Shown here: positions 1 through 11,052 of the stretch, one piece after another
How the letters are laid out: every line of letters starts with the position of its first letter
How positions within the stretch are numbered: the stretch's first letter is position 1
Assembly (NCBI GenBank): GCA_016700335.1
Contig: CP065014.1
Coordinates: forward strand, 2,309,479-2,373,478
Direction of reading: 5' to 3'
Length of the DNA: 64,000 bases
DNA from: Chlorobiota bacterium
Lineage (GTDB): Bacteria; Bacteroidota; Ignavibacteria; OLB7
Translations under genes and position numbers: made by a program
The notes under the pieces: generated by a model
Told to the model about the DNA's origin: nothing
The model's database searches: none
What the model saw: only the letters and a program-made list of their open reading frames with translations

Positions 1-1829
1 TTTCAATTACAAGTGGGGGAATTGCTAGAAAATTTGACATTCATTTACCTTCTATTAATCCTGATAAAAATCTTCCAATGATTATTTCTTATCATGGAAC
101 TGGTGGCACTTCAGGAAACATGAGTTCGTTTACAGGTTTTAATTTATTATCAGATTTAAACAATTTTATTGTGATTTATCCGCAAGCATTAGCATTATTA
201 GGTGGAACTACTCAATGGAATGTATATGTTGATGACAAGCCTGGGCATGCTGGAATTAACGACCCTAATGCTCCAGATGATATATTATTTACAAAAGATA
301 TGATAGATTATATGAAAAATAATTTTTTAATTAATGATTCAAGAGTTTTTGCCACTGGTATGAGTAATGGTGCTTTTATGTGTTATAATTTAGCAATTAA
401 TTTAAGAGAAAGTTTTCAAGCAATTGCTCCTGTTGCTGGAAATTTGTGGGGTGATAACAATTTTGTTACTTCAAAAGTAACTTCAAATAGTTTCAGGGGT
501 TTGCCAATTATGCATATTCATGGAACTTCCGATAATGTTGTTGATTATCCAGATCCTGACAATACTCCTAAAGATTATGAAGAGTATCCATTATTCTTAT
601 TTTCATATCCAACTTGCCAAAATAATACTTATACAAAGGTAATTAACATTTCATCTGGTGTAGATAAATTACAGTTTTGTGATAATCCTTTTGATATTTC
701 TTTGATTAGGATTGCTGGTATGGGGCATAGTTGGTCTGATGGGAAATTTCAAACTTCAAGAGAGATTGTGAAATTTTTCAAACTTGATAAAATCAATATT
801 CCAAATGATAAAAATGTATTGCAAGTAAAGGGTAGATTTTTATATACTCCATGTAATGATATAGTTATTTTGAGAGGTGTGAACAAGATGAATATTTGGG
901 AAAATAATGATTTTGGAATCCCTCAAATGAAGGAAATAAGCAAGACTGGAGCAAATGTTTTAAGAATAGTGTGGGAATCAGATTTTAAAAACAAGAATGC
1001 TACTTCTTCAAATTTAGATAGAGTTATACAAGCTTGTATTGATAATAAAATGATACCAATGGTTGAACTTCATGATGCTACAGGTGACTTTAGTAAATTA
1101 AATCAATGTCTAAATTATTGGAGAAAACCTGATGTTTTAGATGTGTTGAAAAAACATCAGAGTTACTTGATTATAAATTTTGCAAATGAAGCAGGTAATT
1201 TTGATGTTACTGATGCACAATTTAAGGAAGAATATAAAAACAATATAACATCATTAAGGAACAATGGTATTCAAGTACCAATTGTAATTGATGCTGCTGG
1301 TTATGGACAGAATATTGATATTATTCTTAACAATGCTCAATATCTAATTGATAACGATCCTAGTAAAAATTTAATGTTCTCATTACATGCTTATTGGCAA
1401 CCAAAGTATTTCAATAATCCACCTAATTTACTCAAACAAAAACTTTCAGAATCTGTTTCAAAAAATATTCCATTGATAATAGGAGAATTTGCTGGTTGTT
1501 ATTTGGATGATCCTAATTCAGATGATAATTTATACAAAACAATTTTAAGTGAATGTCAGTTAAATCAAATAGGTTGGTTGGCTTGGGAATGGGGTCCTGG
1601 GAATGCAGATTATAGTACAAATCCACCAACATTATATCCAAAAATGGATTTAACATCAGATGGAAATTTTAATACTATAAAAGATGGATGGTCAAAATAT
1701 ATTTTGTTAGATGATATTAATTCTATTAAAAAAACTTCGATAATTTCAGAATACATAATTAATAAAGGAAAATGTAATACAAATTCAATTGAGTTAATTT
1801 TAAATCCTTTAAAGTTAGAACTAAAATAG
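1..1829 (+). CDS. Two-domain carbohydrate-active enzyme: N-terminal PHB-depolymerase/feruloyl-esterase-like esterase domain fused to a GH5-like glycoside hydrolase domain. 5' truncated; the reading frame is open back to the window start.
   Basis: Esterase-family motifs (HGTGGTS...GMSNGA...HIHGTSDNVVDYP). Second half carries GH5-like catalytic motifs (FANEAGN acid/base, IGEFAG nucleophile). Translation of nt 3-77 has no stop, so the real start lies upstream of the window. Confidence 0.55.
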   Translation, partial: SITSGGIARKFDIHLPSINPDKNLPMIISYHGTGGTSGNMSSFTGFNLLSDLNNFIVIYPQALALLGGTTQWNVYVDDKPGHAGINDPNAPDDILFTKDMIDYMKNNFLINDSRVFATGMSNGAFMCYNLAINLRESFQAIAPVAGNLWGDNNFVTSKVTSNSFRGLPIMHIHGTSDNVVDYPDPDNTPKDYEEYPLFLFSYPTCQNNTYTKVINISSGVDKLQFCDNPFDISLIRIAGMGHSWSDGKFQTSREIVKFFKLDKINIPNDKNVLQVKGRFLYTPCNDIVILRGVNKMNIWENNDFGIPQMKEISKTGANVLRIVWESDFKNKNATSSNLDRVIQACIDNKMIPMVELHDATGDFSKLNQCLNYWRKPDVLDVLKKHQSYLIINFANEAGNFDVTDAQFKEEYKNNITSLRNNGIQVPIVIDAAGYGQNIDIILNNAQYLIDNDPSKNLMFSLHAYWQPKYFNNPPNLLKQKLSESVSKNIPLIIGEFAGCYLDDPNSDDNLYKTILSECQLNQIGWLAWEWGPGNADYSTNPPTLYPKMDLTSDGNFNTIKDGWSKYILLDDINSIKKTSIISEYIINKGKCNTNSIELILNPLKLELK

Positions 1830-1849
1830 TACTTTATAAAATTTATAGA

Positions 1850-1888
1850 CCCCAATATCATGTTTTAACTGATGTTGGGTTTTTTTTG
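1850..1888 (+). terminator. Rho-independent terminator after the esterase/GH5 gene
   Basis: Hairpin CCCAATATCA ... TGATGTTGGG (one G-U wobble) followed by a T8 run. Confidence 0.5.
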
Positions 1889-2099
1889 TAAATAATTTTT
1901 TTATTAATAACTGTTCAATTCAATTTTAACTGCCACGGAAAAAGGATTCAAATGCAACGTTCAAAGATTATATTTAATGAATCAAATTTGGTTTATCATT
2001 TTAAATGATTAATTCAAAAAGAGTAGTAATAGAGTAGATCAGGATTTGAAATAATTTCCAATTTTTAAACAAATAAAATCAATTAAATACAACCAATCT

Positions 2100-4754
2100 A
2101 TGAAAACAATTTTTACCATTTTAATCTTATTCACTTTTATTGTAACAACAAATTCTCAAGCTCAGTTAACATTTCAAACTAGAATTAACTTTGGTAAGGT
2201 TACATGTGGAGAAAAAATTTGTTTGCCTTTAGTTATTAAAAATACTACTGCCGATCAATTGAGAATAACAGGAGTTTCAGGATTATCAGGGACATCAAAA
2301 TTTCCATTAGATCAAGCAACTCCAATTAACACCCCAACCAATTTAGCAACTAATGATTCAGTTAGATGGTTGTTCTGTTATCAAGGAAACATTATATCTT
2401 CACTTGATTCATCAAGAATTGTTATAACATATACAGATAAAAATAATGTATCATTAGATACTTCAGTTACATTTATAGCAGAGTCAATGCCAATTGGAGA
2501 TTTGAATCTTTCAATAAATTCTATCAATTTTGGTAGTGTTCCAGTTTTCACTTCTGACTGCCGAACAGTAACAATTTCTAATACTGGATCTACTGTTATA
2601 AATATGAATCCTATAGTAATAGGAAATGCAAACTTTAATGTAAAAACACCACCTCCATTAACAATTTTACCAGGAACAAATGCAAACATTGAAATTTGTT
2701 TTAATCCTTCAAATGATGCTTCTGAATCTTCAAATGCAATTGTTAGTTATTCAATTTGTGGTAGAAATTTAACAAAAAATATTGCTTTAAATGGAATTGG
2801 AATTTTTCCTCCAAAAGTTAATCTTGGACCTGTATTAGAGATAAATACCAATCCATTTGATTTCGGTTCAGTTTTATGTGGAACAACTGATTGCAGAACA
2901 AATCTTACTTTAAGAAATATTGGTAGTGACCCAATGAACATTTCAAGAATTGATAATTTGATATTACCATTTAGATTGAATGCAACAGTTAATACTCCAA
3001 TAATTTTACAACCAAATCAATCTCAAACATTACCAGTTTGTTATTCACCAATTATATCTCCTAAAGTAGATTCTCAAATAGTTAACATGATTGTTGATAA
3101 TAGAACTTCACTTTCAATTTCTATGATTATGGATGTAAGTGGAAGTATGGAAATAGTTACATCAACTGGAGAAAAAAGAATTACAGCAGCAAATGCTGGA
3201 GGAAAATATTTCCTTAATAATTTAGTTATAGATCCGGCAAGATCTATTGTTGATGAGGCAGAGATTATAAAATTTTCATCGGATATACAAGTAGTTCAAA
3301 ATTTCAGTTCAGATATTAATTTACTTAAAAGTAAAGTGCCAACAGTTTCTGGAGGATCAACTAGAATTTATGATGCAGTTAATGTTGGTTTGGATAACTT
3401 ATTAACTAGAAGAATACCAGGAAGAAGAGTAATAGTATTGTTAACTGATGGTGAAGATAATAGTGGGTATTCTCAAACTGCAATTAACTCAATCATTGCT
3501 AGAGCAAATTTATTAGGTGTAAGAATTTATACTATAGGATTTGGAGTAACTTCAACAATTGGAAGAAATACTCTTCATGATTTATCAATAAATACTGGTG
3601 GGACAGAGTATTATCCGTTGAATGCAACAGAACTGCTAGATGTTTATAAAAGAATTGCTTTAGATCTAAGTAAGAATATTCCTTTTACATTCGTTCTAAA
3701 AGGTCGCTCAATTGCACCATTAATGGTTCTCACTCCTTCGGTAATTAATTTTGACAGTGTTAAAATTAATAAAGAAAAATGTGGGACAGTTGTAATTTCC
3801 AATACAGGTGATGCACCATTAGTTTTAGCATCTGCTCCAATTGAATTAAAAGGTTTTAGAATTACATCATCTTTCCCTATTACTATTGCACCAGGATCTT
3901 CTTCACAAGTTAATGTTTGTTTTTCTCCAAGGAAATTGAGGGTTTTAGATTCTAGTTTTACTTTTAATTATAACGATTGTAAACCACCAATTAATTTAAT
4001 GCTTAAGGGTGTTGGTTATGATAGTGTTGTAATTTCACTTAGAGATACAATCGTTGCAAAACCTGGTGGTTTATTTGAAATTCCTATCTATATTCTAGAT
4101 AGTCTTCCTGCTTCTTATGATGTTAATACATTAGATTTAACTTTGAAAGGAAATAAAACTATGATGTTCCCAAGCAATGATGTTACAGCTAGTGGTGGGT
4201 CATTATCCTCATTACCAACAGTAAATGTAAATAATATTTACTCTGTTACAGATTCACTCGGATTTTATAAATATACATTTTCAAATGGAACACTTAATAA
4301 TGTTACAAAAAATTCAATACTAACATATTTGAGATTTAGAGCATTATTAGGTAACTCAATAAAAACACCTTTATTAATTTCATCTGCAAAATTTGCAGAT
4401 GGTAACCCAAAAGTTGGAATAATAAATACTGGCTTACTAAGGTTAGATAGTTTATGTTATTTAGAACAAAAACTGATTGATGCTAGCTCCAGATATAATG
4501 CAGGTTTGATGTTGAAAGCTGGGTCAAATTCATCGCTTGTGTATATAGATTATTTTATTAAAGAACCACAAGAAGTTAAAGTTTCTTTGTTTAATTCTAT
4601 AGGTGTATTAATTTCTAAAAACAACGATGAGTTTAAAAATGTTGGAGTTAATAACTCATACTTCGATATAACAAATCTAAATTCTGGAATATACTATGTT
4701 ACTGTTTGTGCAGGTAACCTTGTTGAAACGCAATCAGTAATTATAACTAAGTAA
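2100..4754 (+). CDS. Large secreted adhesin-like protein: four choice-of-anchor-D/ASH-like Ig repeats, a von Willebrand factor A domain and a T9SS C-terminal sorting domain
   Basis: Signal peptide. Repeated INFGSV..C..T..ISNTG modules four times. vWA MIDAS motif DVSGSM and LLTDGEDNSG. C-terminal GIYYVTVCAGN...VIITK matches the Por_Secre_tail pattern. Confidence 0.6.
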   Translation: MKTIFTILILFTFIVTTNSQAQLTFQTRINFGKVTCGEKICLPLVIKNTTADQLRITGVSGLSGTSKFPLDQATPINTPTNLATNDSVRWLFCYQGNIISSLDSSRIVITYTDKNNVSLDTSVTFIAESMPIGDLNLSINSINFGSVPVFTSDCRTVTISNTGSTVINMNPIVIGNANFNVKTPPPLTILPGTNANIEICFNPSNDASESSNAIVSYSICGRNLTKNIALNGIGIFPPKVNLGPVLEINTNPFDFGSVLCGTTDCRTNLTLRNIGSDPMNISRIDNLILPFRLNATVNTPIILQPNQSQTLPVCYSPIISPKVDSQIVNMIVDNRTSLSISMIMDVSGSMEIVTSTGEKRITAANAGGKYFLNNLVIDPARSIVDEAEIIKFSSDIQVVQNFSSDINLLKSKVPTVSGGSTRIYDAVNVGLDNLLTRRIPGRRVIVLLTDGEDNSGYSQTAINSIIARANLLGVRIYTIGFGVTSTIGRNTLHDLSINTGGTEYYPLNATELLDVYKRIALDLSKNIPFTFVLKGRSIAPLMVLTPSVINFDSVKINKEKCGTVVISNTGDAPLVLASAPIELKGFRITSSFPITIAPGSSSQVNVCFSPRKLRVLDSSFTFNYNDCKPPINLMLKGVGYDSVVISLRDTIVAKPGGLFEIPIYILDSLPASYDVNTLDLTLKGNKTMMFPSNDVTASGGSLSSLPTVNVNNIYSVTDSLGFYKYTFSNGTLNNVTKNSILTYLRFRALLGNSIKTPLLISSAKFADGNPKVGIINTGLLRLDSLCYLEQKLIDASSRYNAGLMLKAGSNSSLVYIDYFIKEPQEVKVSLFNSIGVLISKNNDEFKNVGVNNSYFDITNLNSGIYYVTVCAGNLVETQSVIITK

Positions 4755-4795
4755 AATATTTACCATACCATTAACAAAAATTTAAAATTAAAACA

Positions 4796-6448
4796 ATGAA
4801 ACATATTCTTTTACAATACTTAAGATTTACAATAATAGTATTTTTAGTTTTCAATAAATGTTTATCTCAAGAAAAATTACCAATAATGATTGGTGCAACT
4901 TTAGGTGTAAACTATAACTTGCATAATGGTCATTTTCAAACTGTTGAAGGTAACACCGTTTGTTGTGTAGCTGAAAAAGGAACAGGTTTAGGATTAGTTG
5001 CAGGAGCAAAATTCTTTTTACCAATCAATAGTTATATAGTTTTTATGCCAAGAGTCATGTTTGAAAAACGTGGTGGTGATTTTGATGGAATTCCAGAAGT
5101 TTATCCAATTTTTGGAAATGGTCAGTTAGTAGAAACTGCAACAATTAATAAATTACTTGAAATTTCAATGAGTTCATTTAATGCTGATTTAATGGGAAGT
5201 TTCATGTTTGGAAAATCTGGTGTTTATTTAGCAGTAGGACCATCATTTTCATATATTCCAAGCTCAAGTTTTATAGAAACGGCAACATTAAGCTCACCTG
5301 CTGGTACAAAATTTATCGACGGAACAACAATCCATCAAGTTGGACAAGGAAATCTTGCAGTAAATAATTTACAAGTAACTTTAAGAGGAGGTTTAGGGGC
5401 TATGATAAAACTTTCTAAGAACTGGTTTTTAAATCCTGAAGTATTGGGAAGTTATGGAGTAACAAAATATTACAATGATTGGCAAGGTCATGCAATTCAA
5501 GGAACAATTGGGTTAATGTACGCTTTTCCATCAAATGATGATGAGGATGACAATATACCAGTTGATAGTATGTTCACTTTAGTTTTACATTTAACTGATT
5601 CAATATCTGGCAAACCGCTGCCAGGCTTAGTAGAAATTATTGATACTAAAACAGGCAGACAAGTTGAAGTTATTAAAACTAGTGGTTTAGAAAAAAATTA
5701 CAAAATCAATTTAAGAATTGGAAGGGATTATAAAATAGAAGCAAAAGCAAGAGATTCTGTTAGAAACATTGTTGTATCAGAAACTAAAGTAGGAGCTATA
5801 AAAGATGTTACAATTAAATTTAATAAAATAGTTGTTAAAGCAGTTGATTTTGGTAAATATGATATTCCATTCTTTGTAACTGGGTACTACAGACCTAATA
5901 CACCAGATAATTTAGAACAATTGTTCCCAATGAAAAACAATGAATTGAAAGATGCAAATTACATTGAAGAGTTTTCAAAAGGCTCAAAACGTCATCAAGA
6001 ATATCAAGCCTATGCAAAAACTGTTGAATCACTTTTTAAATCTCTAATTGTATCTTGTGTTGAAGAAGTTTTCCCTGAGTTTCGCAAACGTGGCTTGCCA
6101 AATGAGATATTAGAAATTAGAGTTTCTGGATTTGCAGATCCTAAACCTATTATTGGGAAATACATTGAGAATACTGAAGTTCCTTATGAAGATTCAACAA
6201 CTAAAATGGTTACAGCAAAACATGGTGAACTATTAGATAATAACAAGTTATCAGGATTAAGAGGATTTTATTCTGCAAAGTATATTGAGGAGCTACTAGA
6301 TAAAACTAAAAACCCTGATTACATTGCTTTAAAGAATGAAAAAAGAGTTATCTTTAAAGCAGTTGAAGGTGGAGTAAGCGAAATGAAAGATGATTTTGCT
6401 TCTAAAAGAAGAGTATATGTTGAGATAATTAGACGCGAAGGAGAATAA
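4796..6448 (+). CDS. Predicted outer-membrane protein with a degenerate OmpA-like C-terminal domain
   Basis: Signal peptide and a beta-rich N-terminal region. C-terminal motif VSGFADPKP...LSGLRGFYSAKYIEELL...RRVYVEII resembles the OmpA peptidoglycan-binding domain. Confidence 0.35.
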   Translation: MKHILLQYLRFTIIVFLVFNKCLSQEKLPIMIGATLGVNYNLHNGHFQTVEGNTVCCVAEKGTGLGLVAGAKFFLPINSYIVFMPRVMFEKRGGDFDGIPEVYPIFGNGQLVETATINKLLEISMSSFNADLMGSFMFGKSGVYLAVGPSFSYIPSSSFIETATLSSPAGTKFIDGTTIHQVGQGNLAVNNLQVTLRGGLGAMIKLSKNWFLNPEVLGSYGVTKYYNDWQGHAIQGTIGLMYAFPSNDDEDDNIPVDSMFTLVLHLTDSISGKPLPGLVEIIDTKTGRQVEVIKTSGLEKNYKINLRIGRDYKIEAKARDSVRNIVVSETKVGAIKDVTIKFNKIVVKAVDFGKYDIPFFVTGYYRPNTPDNLEQLFPMKNNELKDANYIEEFSKGSKRHQEYQAYAKTVESLFKSLIVSCVEEVFPEFRKRGLPNEILEIRVSGFADPKPIIGKYIENTEVPYEDSTTKMVTAKHGELLDNNKLSGLRGFYSAKYIEELLDKTKNPDYIALKNEKRVIFKAVEGGVSEMKDDFASKRRVYVEIIRREGE

Positions 6449-6645
6449 CAAATAAATTTTGATGAGTATTTTTCAACCTAATTCAACTCAGATTTAAATA
6501 GAATTATTTTATTATTACACTTTAAATAGTTAAATATTTTCATTCTCAGTTTTCTTAAAAAACAAAAATCCATTCATTTATTTTTGAAAGGGTTTTTGTT
6601 TTTATATTATATAAGTTTTATACAATTTTTTATATATCAAATTTT

Positions 6646-7356
6646 ATGCGTCTATTTTTCTACTCTTTGTTTTTGTATTCTTTAATTTCATGTTCTTCTC
6701 AAAAAAGTACAATCAAATTAAATGATTCATTTAAAATTGTTGTTAATGGGATTGTTACAAATAGCAAAGGAGAGCCCATTGATGCTAATTTAGAAGTACA
6801 AGATTTATCTACTAGCAGAATAGTTGAAAGACCCGAAATTACCAACGGAAAATTTAGTTTTTCACTTACTTCTGGTAAATTGTATGGTTGGTCATTTCAG
6901 AAAAAAGGGTACTATACCATTTCAAAAAATTTTGATACAAGGTCCATATTAAAAGATTATAATTTAACGCAAGAGATTCAATTAAGAACTATTGAGGAAA
7001 TTCTTAATAATAATGAAACGGTTCAAGCAAACAATTTATTTTTTTCAAAAGGAGGAATTGAACTTTTAACTGAATCTAAATCTGAAATTGATGAGATAAC
7101 AAGATTAATGAAATTATATACAAAAGTGAAAATTGAAGTTATTGGACATGCAAGTAGCGAAGGTGATTTGGAATATAATAATAAATTATCTGAATATAGA
7201 GCAAATTCGGTATTACAGAGTTTGATAATTAATGGAATAGATTCAGTAAGGCTTTCAAGTATTGGTATGGGAACTAAAATGCCTATAGCACCAAATGATA
7301 TTGAAGAAAATCGTCAGAAAAACAGAAGAGTTGAATTATTATTAAGTACAAAATAA
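6646..7356 (+). CDS. OmpA family lipoprotein
   Basis: Lipobox LISCSS. Canonical OmpA C-terminal motif (VIGHASSEGDLEYNNKLSEYRANSV...NRRVELLL). Confidence 0.8.
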   Translation: MRLFFYSLFLYSLISCSSQKSTIKLNDSFKIVVNGIVTNSKGEPIDANLEVQDLSTSRIVERPEITNGKFSFSLTSGKLYGWSFQKKGYYTISKNFDTRSILKDYNLTQEIQLRTIEEILNNNETVQANNLFFSKGGIELLTESKSEIDEITRLMKLYTKVKIEVIGHASSEGDLEYNNKLSEYRANSVLQSLIINGIDSVRLSSIGMGTKMPIAPNDIEENRQKNRRVELLLSTK

Positions 7357-7441
7357 TAATTTTTTAATGTAAAAAACTATTCTGTTATTTAAAAAAGAAT
7401 TAATCAAATTCCTTACATTTGCAATTGATTTTTTTAGATTT

Positions 7442-7449
7442 TAACTTTG
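7442..7449 (+). promoter_or_regulatory. TAacTTTG motif (Bacteroidota-type sigma-A -7 element) upstream of pheT
   Basis: Exact TAnnTTTG match 13 nt before the pheT ATG. The same octamer recurs upstream of zapA and fabH. Confidence 0.3.
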
Positions 7450-7461
7450 TATTAATCCATT

Positions 7462-9867
7462 ATGCCATCCAAAAAAATAATACATTCATTACTTAACTCA
7501 ATAACATCTTTCGAATTTACACCTCAAGATTTGTCTGATAAATTATTGTCATTAGGTTTAGAAATAAGTTCTATTGAAGATACAAAGGAATCACTTAAAG
7601 GCTTTGTAACAGCAGAGGTTTTAACTAAAGTAAAGCATCCTGATGCAGATAAATTATCTATTTGTACTGTTAATACTGGAAGTAGAATTCATAATGTTGT
7701 TTGTGGTGCACCTAATGTTGAAGCAGGTCAGATAATTTGTTTTGCTACTGTTGGTACTATAATACATAAGCTAGGATTTAAAATTGATAAAAGAAAAATT
7801 CGTGGTGTTGAATCTGAAGGTATGATTTGTAGTGAAGATGAATTAGGTATTGGGGAAAGTACAGGTGGAATTTTAGTTTTACCAAGCGGTACAAAAATTG
7901 GCACCCCTCTGTCTGAAATGTTTGGAGATATTGTTTATGATTTAGATATTACGCCTAACAGAGGGGATTGCTTAAGTCATTTGGGTTTGGCAAGAGAGAT
8001 TTCAATTATTACTGGAAATTCTATTAATTTACCATCAATTACTTTAATAGAAAGCTCAAATAAAACTTCGGAATCAATTTCAATTGAAATTGAGAATAAA
8101 GATAATTGTCCAAGATATATTGCAAGAATTGTAAAGTCTGTAAAAATTTCAGAATCACCAGATTGGCTCAAAACAATTCTTAAAAAATTAGGAATAAAGT
8201 CTAGAAACAATGTAATTGATACAGCAAATTATGTAATGTTTTTATGCGGACATCCACTTCATGCTTTTGATTATGATAAAATTTCTGGAAATAAAATTAT
8301 TGTAAAGTCATCAGTTGGTGGAGAAAAATTTATTACCCTTGATAACAAAGAACATATACTTCCTGATAACGTTTTATTAATTTGTGATCAAGATAAACCA
8401 ATAGCATTAGCTGGTATAATGGGTGGGGAAAATACTGAAATTTCAAATTCAACAGTAAATGTATTAATTGAATCAGCATATTTCAATTCATCAGTAATTC
8501 GTAGAGGAGCAAGATTATTGGGTATATCATCAGATGCTAGTTATAGATTCGAAAGAGGTGCTGATATTAATATTACAAATTATGCATGTGATTTAGCAGC
8601 AAAAATTATATCAGAAATATCTGGTGGTGATATTCAAAATGATAAAGTTGATTCTTATCAAAAAGTATATACACCATTACAAATAAAATTAAGATTTGAA
8701 AGAACAAAACAAATTGTTGGTGTTGATATTCCGAAAGAATCTCAAATTAGTATCTTAGAATCTATTGGTTGCAAAGTGTTAGATGTTACAACTAATTATG
8801 TTGAAGTAATTTCTCCAAGCTGGAGAGCTGATATTTTTGAGGAGATTGATTTGGTAGAAGAAGTTGCTAGAATTTTTGGTTATGAAAATATACCAGTTAC
8901 AAGTAGGAGTTCAGTCTCTTTTAAAACTAGTGTTATTCCTGAAGTTAAAATTTCTAATAATACTAGAAAATTCTTTGTAAATAATGGATTCATAGAAATT
9001 ATTTCTATGAACTTTACTGACCCTGATACTGCTTCAAGATATGGAGATAACATCTTATTAAAAAATGCATTAGGGTTAGATTTTTCATCTATGAGAACAA
9101 GTCATGTTCCTAACTTATCTAAAACATTATCTTACAACCAAAGGCGTGGTAAAAAAGATATTAAGATGTTTGAGGTTGGAAAAGCCTTCAGAAAAGGGAA
9201 AAATAATCAAGGTGATATTTCAGGGATTATTGAAATGTTTGAACTTTCATTACTGTTAAATGGAAAATCTGAACCATCTGGATTTGATTTAAAAGAAAGA
9301 GATTTTGATTTGTTAGATGCTAAAGGAATTATAATTAAATATTTTGCTAGCCTATCAATCAAAAATTATATTAAGTTCTCACCAGTTGAAAAAGAAGAAT
9401 GGGGATTCTCGGTTAATTCAATAGCTATTTTTGTAGAAGATATAGAAGTTGGCAGAATAGGTGGATTAGATTCATTCTTAATTCAAAAAGACGATATTCA
9501 AAGCAAACCAGTAATTGCAGTTTTTGATTTGATTAAATTGTCCAAACTAGCTTATAAAACAACTAAATATAAATATCAATCTAAGTTCCCAAGTGTTCAA
9601 AGAGATATTTCAATAATTGTTGATAAAAATATAAAAAATAATGATATTGAAAATTCTATTTCTAGAGCAGCTGGGAAGTATTTAAATGAGATTAGATTGT
9701 TTGATTTGTATGAAGGCAAAAACATCCCTTCAGATAAAAAATCAATGGGATATTCTTTGACCTTTATTCCTGTTGATAAAACATTTGATGATACAGAGAT
9801 TGATTCATTTATGATAAAAATTATTAAATCAGTAACTTCAGAATTTAATGCAGAATTAAGATCATAA
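7462..9867 (+). CDS. pheT: Phenylalanine--tRNA ligase beta subunit
   Basis: 801 aa. N-terminal tRNA-binding domain (KLSICTVNTG), B3/B4 domain, B5 domain and C-terminal FDX-ACB domain, all characteristic of PheT. Confidence 0.93.
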   Translation: MPSKKIIHSLLNSITSFEFTPQDLSDKLLSLGLEISSIEDTKESLKGFVTAEVLTKVKHPDADKLSICTVNTGSRIHNVVCGAPNVEAGQIICFATVGTIIHKLGFKIDKRKIRGVESEGMICSEDELGIGESTGGILVLPSGTKIGTPLSEMFGDIVYDLDITPNRGDCLSHLGLAREISIITGNSINLPSITLIESSNKTSESISIEIENKDNCPRYIARIVKSVKISESPDWLKTILKKLGIKSRNNVIDTANYVMFLCGHPLHAFDYDKISGNKIIVKSSVGGEKFITLDNKEHILPDNVLLICDQDKPIALAGIMGGENTEISNSTVNVLIESAYFNSSVIRRGARLLGISSDASYRFERGADINITNYACDLAAKIISEISGGDIQNDKVDSYQKVYTPLQIKLRFERTKQIVGVDIPKESQISILESIGCKVLDVTTNYVEVISPSWRADIFEEIDLVEEVARIFGYENIPVTSRSSVSFKTSVIPEVKISNNTRKFFVNNGFIEIISMNFTDPDTASRYGDNILLKNALGLDFSSMRTSHVPNLSKTLSYNQRRGKKDIKMFEVGKAFRKGKNNQGDISGIIEMFELSLLLNGKSEPSGFDLKERDFDLLDAKGIIIKYFASLSIKNYIKFSPVEKEEWGFSVNSIAIFVEDIEVGRIGGLDSFLIQKDDIQSKPVIAVFDLIKLSKLAYKTTKYKYQSKFPSVQRDISIIVDKNIKNNDIENSISRAAGKYLNEIRLFDLYEGKNIPSDKKSMGYSLTFIPVDKTFDDTEIDSFMIKIIKSVTSEFNAELRS

Positions 9868-9946
9868 ATAAGTTATTTTATGTAGTTTGTTTTTGATATA
9901 AAAACAATACTAAAAAGTTTAAATAATCATTGTAAAATTATTTGTT

Positions 9947-10858
9947 ATGTCTTTAACTCAGGAAATTATTGAATCGATATCAAATTTAAAAAAGTCATTA
10001 CAGATTTTTATTACAAAATTTAGTGATTTAGAAATTGAGAATGAAGATTTAAAAATTCAGCTAAATGCTTCAAATAAAGCTAATGAGCAAATGCTTGAAC
10101 AACTTGATTTAAGGGGAGATAGGATAGATAAATTGATTTTAGAAATTGATTTTAGAAACGAAGAAATTATTATTTTAAAATCTGATTTGAATGCAAAGTC
10201 AATTCACGAAGAGGAACTTGAAGTTAAAATTAATGAACTTACTCAAAGAGCAGTTACTTTAGAAAAAGAGATTGCTCAAATGATGGCTAAAAATGAAATA
10301 GGTATGTATAAGGTAAAAGATTTAGGAATTGACAAATTATCTTTTTTACAAAACGACAATGATTTTAAATCTGATAAAATTATAGAAGAATTATGTGTTG
10401 AAATCGAATCATTACAATCAAGTTTAAATAGATCAACAGAAGAAAGATTTGTAATTGAAGAAAAATACAATTCATTAAAACACCAATTAGATACACTAAA
10501 AGAAAAATCAAGCAAGTCAAATAATAGTAATTTTGATTTAGAGTTAGAGCTTGAAAAATTAAGAATGGATTATGAGAATATGGCTTTACAAAAAAATCAA
10601 TTAGAAATATTTAAAGTTAATGCAATTGAATTAACACAAAAACTAAATTCTATTGATACAGAGAATGAAATTCTCAAATCTGAATTAGCTAACCTTAAAC
10701 TTGAAAAAAAGGATTATCATATTGCTGGAGAAAAACGAATTGATAATTTAATGCATGAAGTAAATAGTATGAAATTTAATACTATTACTAATAATGCTAG
10801 AAATGAAATTGAAGAAACAATTCATGAAGCTATTAGAATAATTGACAAGCATAGGTAA
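9947..10858 (+). CDS. Coiled-coil protein (hypothetical; possibly division-associated, given zapA downstream)
   Basis: 303 aa, E/K/L-rich heptad-like sequence throughout, no enzymatic motifs. Confidence 0.45.
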   Translation: MSLTQEIIESISNLKKSLQIFITKFSDLEIENEDLKIQLNASNKANEQMLEQLDLRGDRIDKLILEIDFRNEEIIILKSDLNAKSIHEEELEVKINELTQRAVTLEKEIAQMMAKNEIGMYKVKDLGIDKLSFLQNDNDFKSDKIIEELCVEIESLQSSLNRSTEERFVIEEKYNSLKHQLDTLKEKSSKSNNSNFDLELELEKLRMDYENMALQKNQLEIFKVNAIELTQKLNSIDTENEILKSELANLKLEKKDYHIAGEKRIDNLMHEVNSMKFNTITNNARNEIEETIHEAIRIIDKHR

Positions 10859-11052
10859 AATTAATATATAATTGTTTTTGATTAATTGAGAGAATTGATT
10901 ACTATTCGATTGAATTTTTAATTCTTATATTTATTTTATAGAAATATTTTTGATTTAATAAGAATTTATTTAATGTGCTACTTATTAAGTGATAACAATT
11001 CAATGGAAAATTTGTTTTAAATTGCTTTAAATAATTTAAAGTTACTTTTTAG

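Noticed and set aside
1610-1861. 83-aa minus-strand ORF overlapping the 3' end of the esterase/GH5 gene. Similar antisense ORFs occur at 2381-2689, 2747-2941, 7977-8210, 10276-10515, 14859-15071, 22575-23034, 24249-26465, 44397-45097 and 58029-58851.
   Set aside because: All lie inside well-supported longer genes on the opposite strand. They have no motifs. They are open only because of AT-rich composition.
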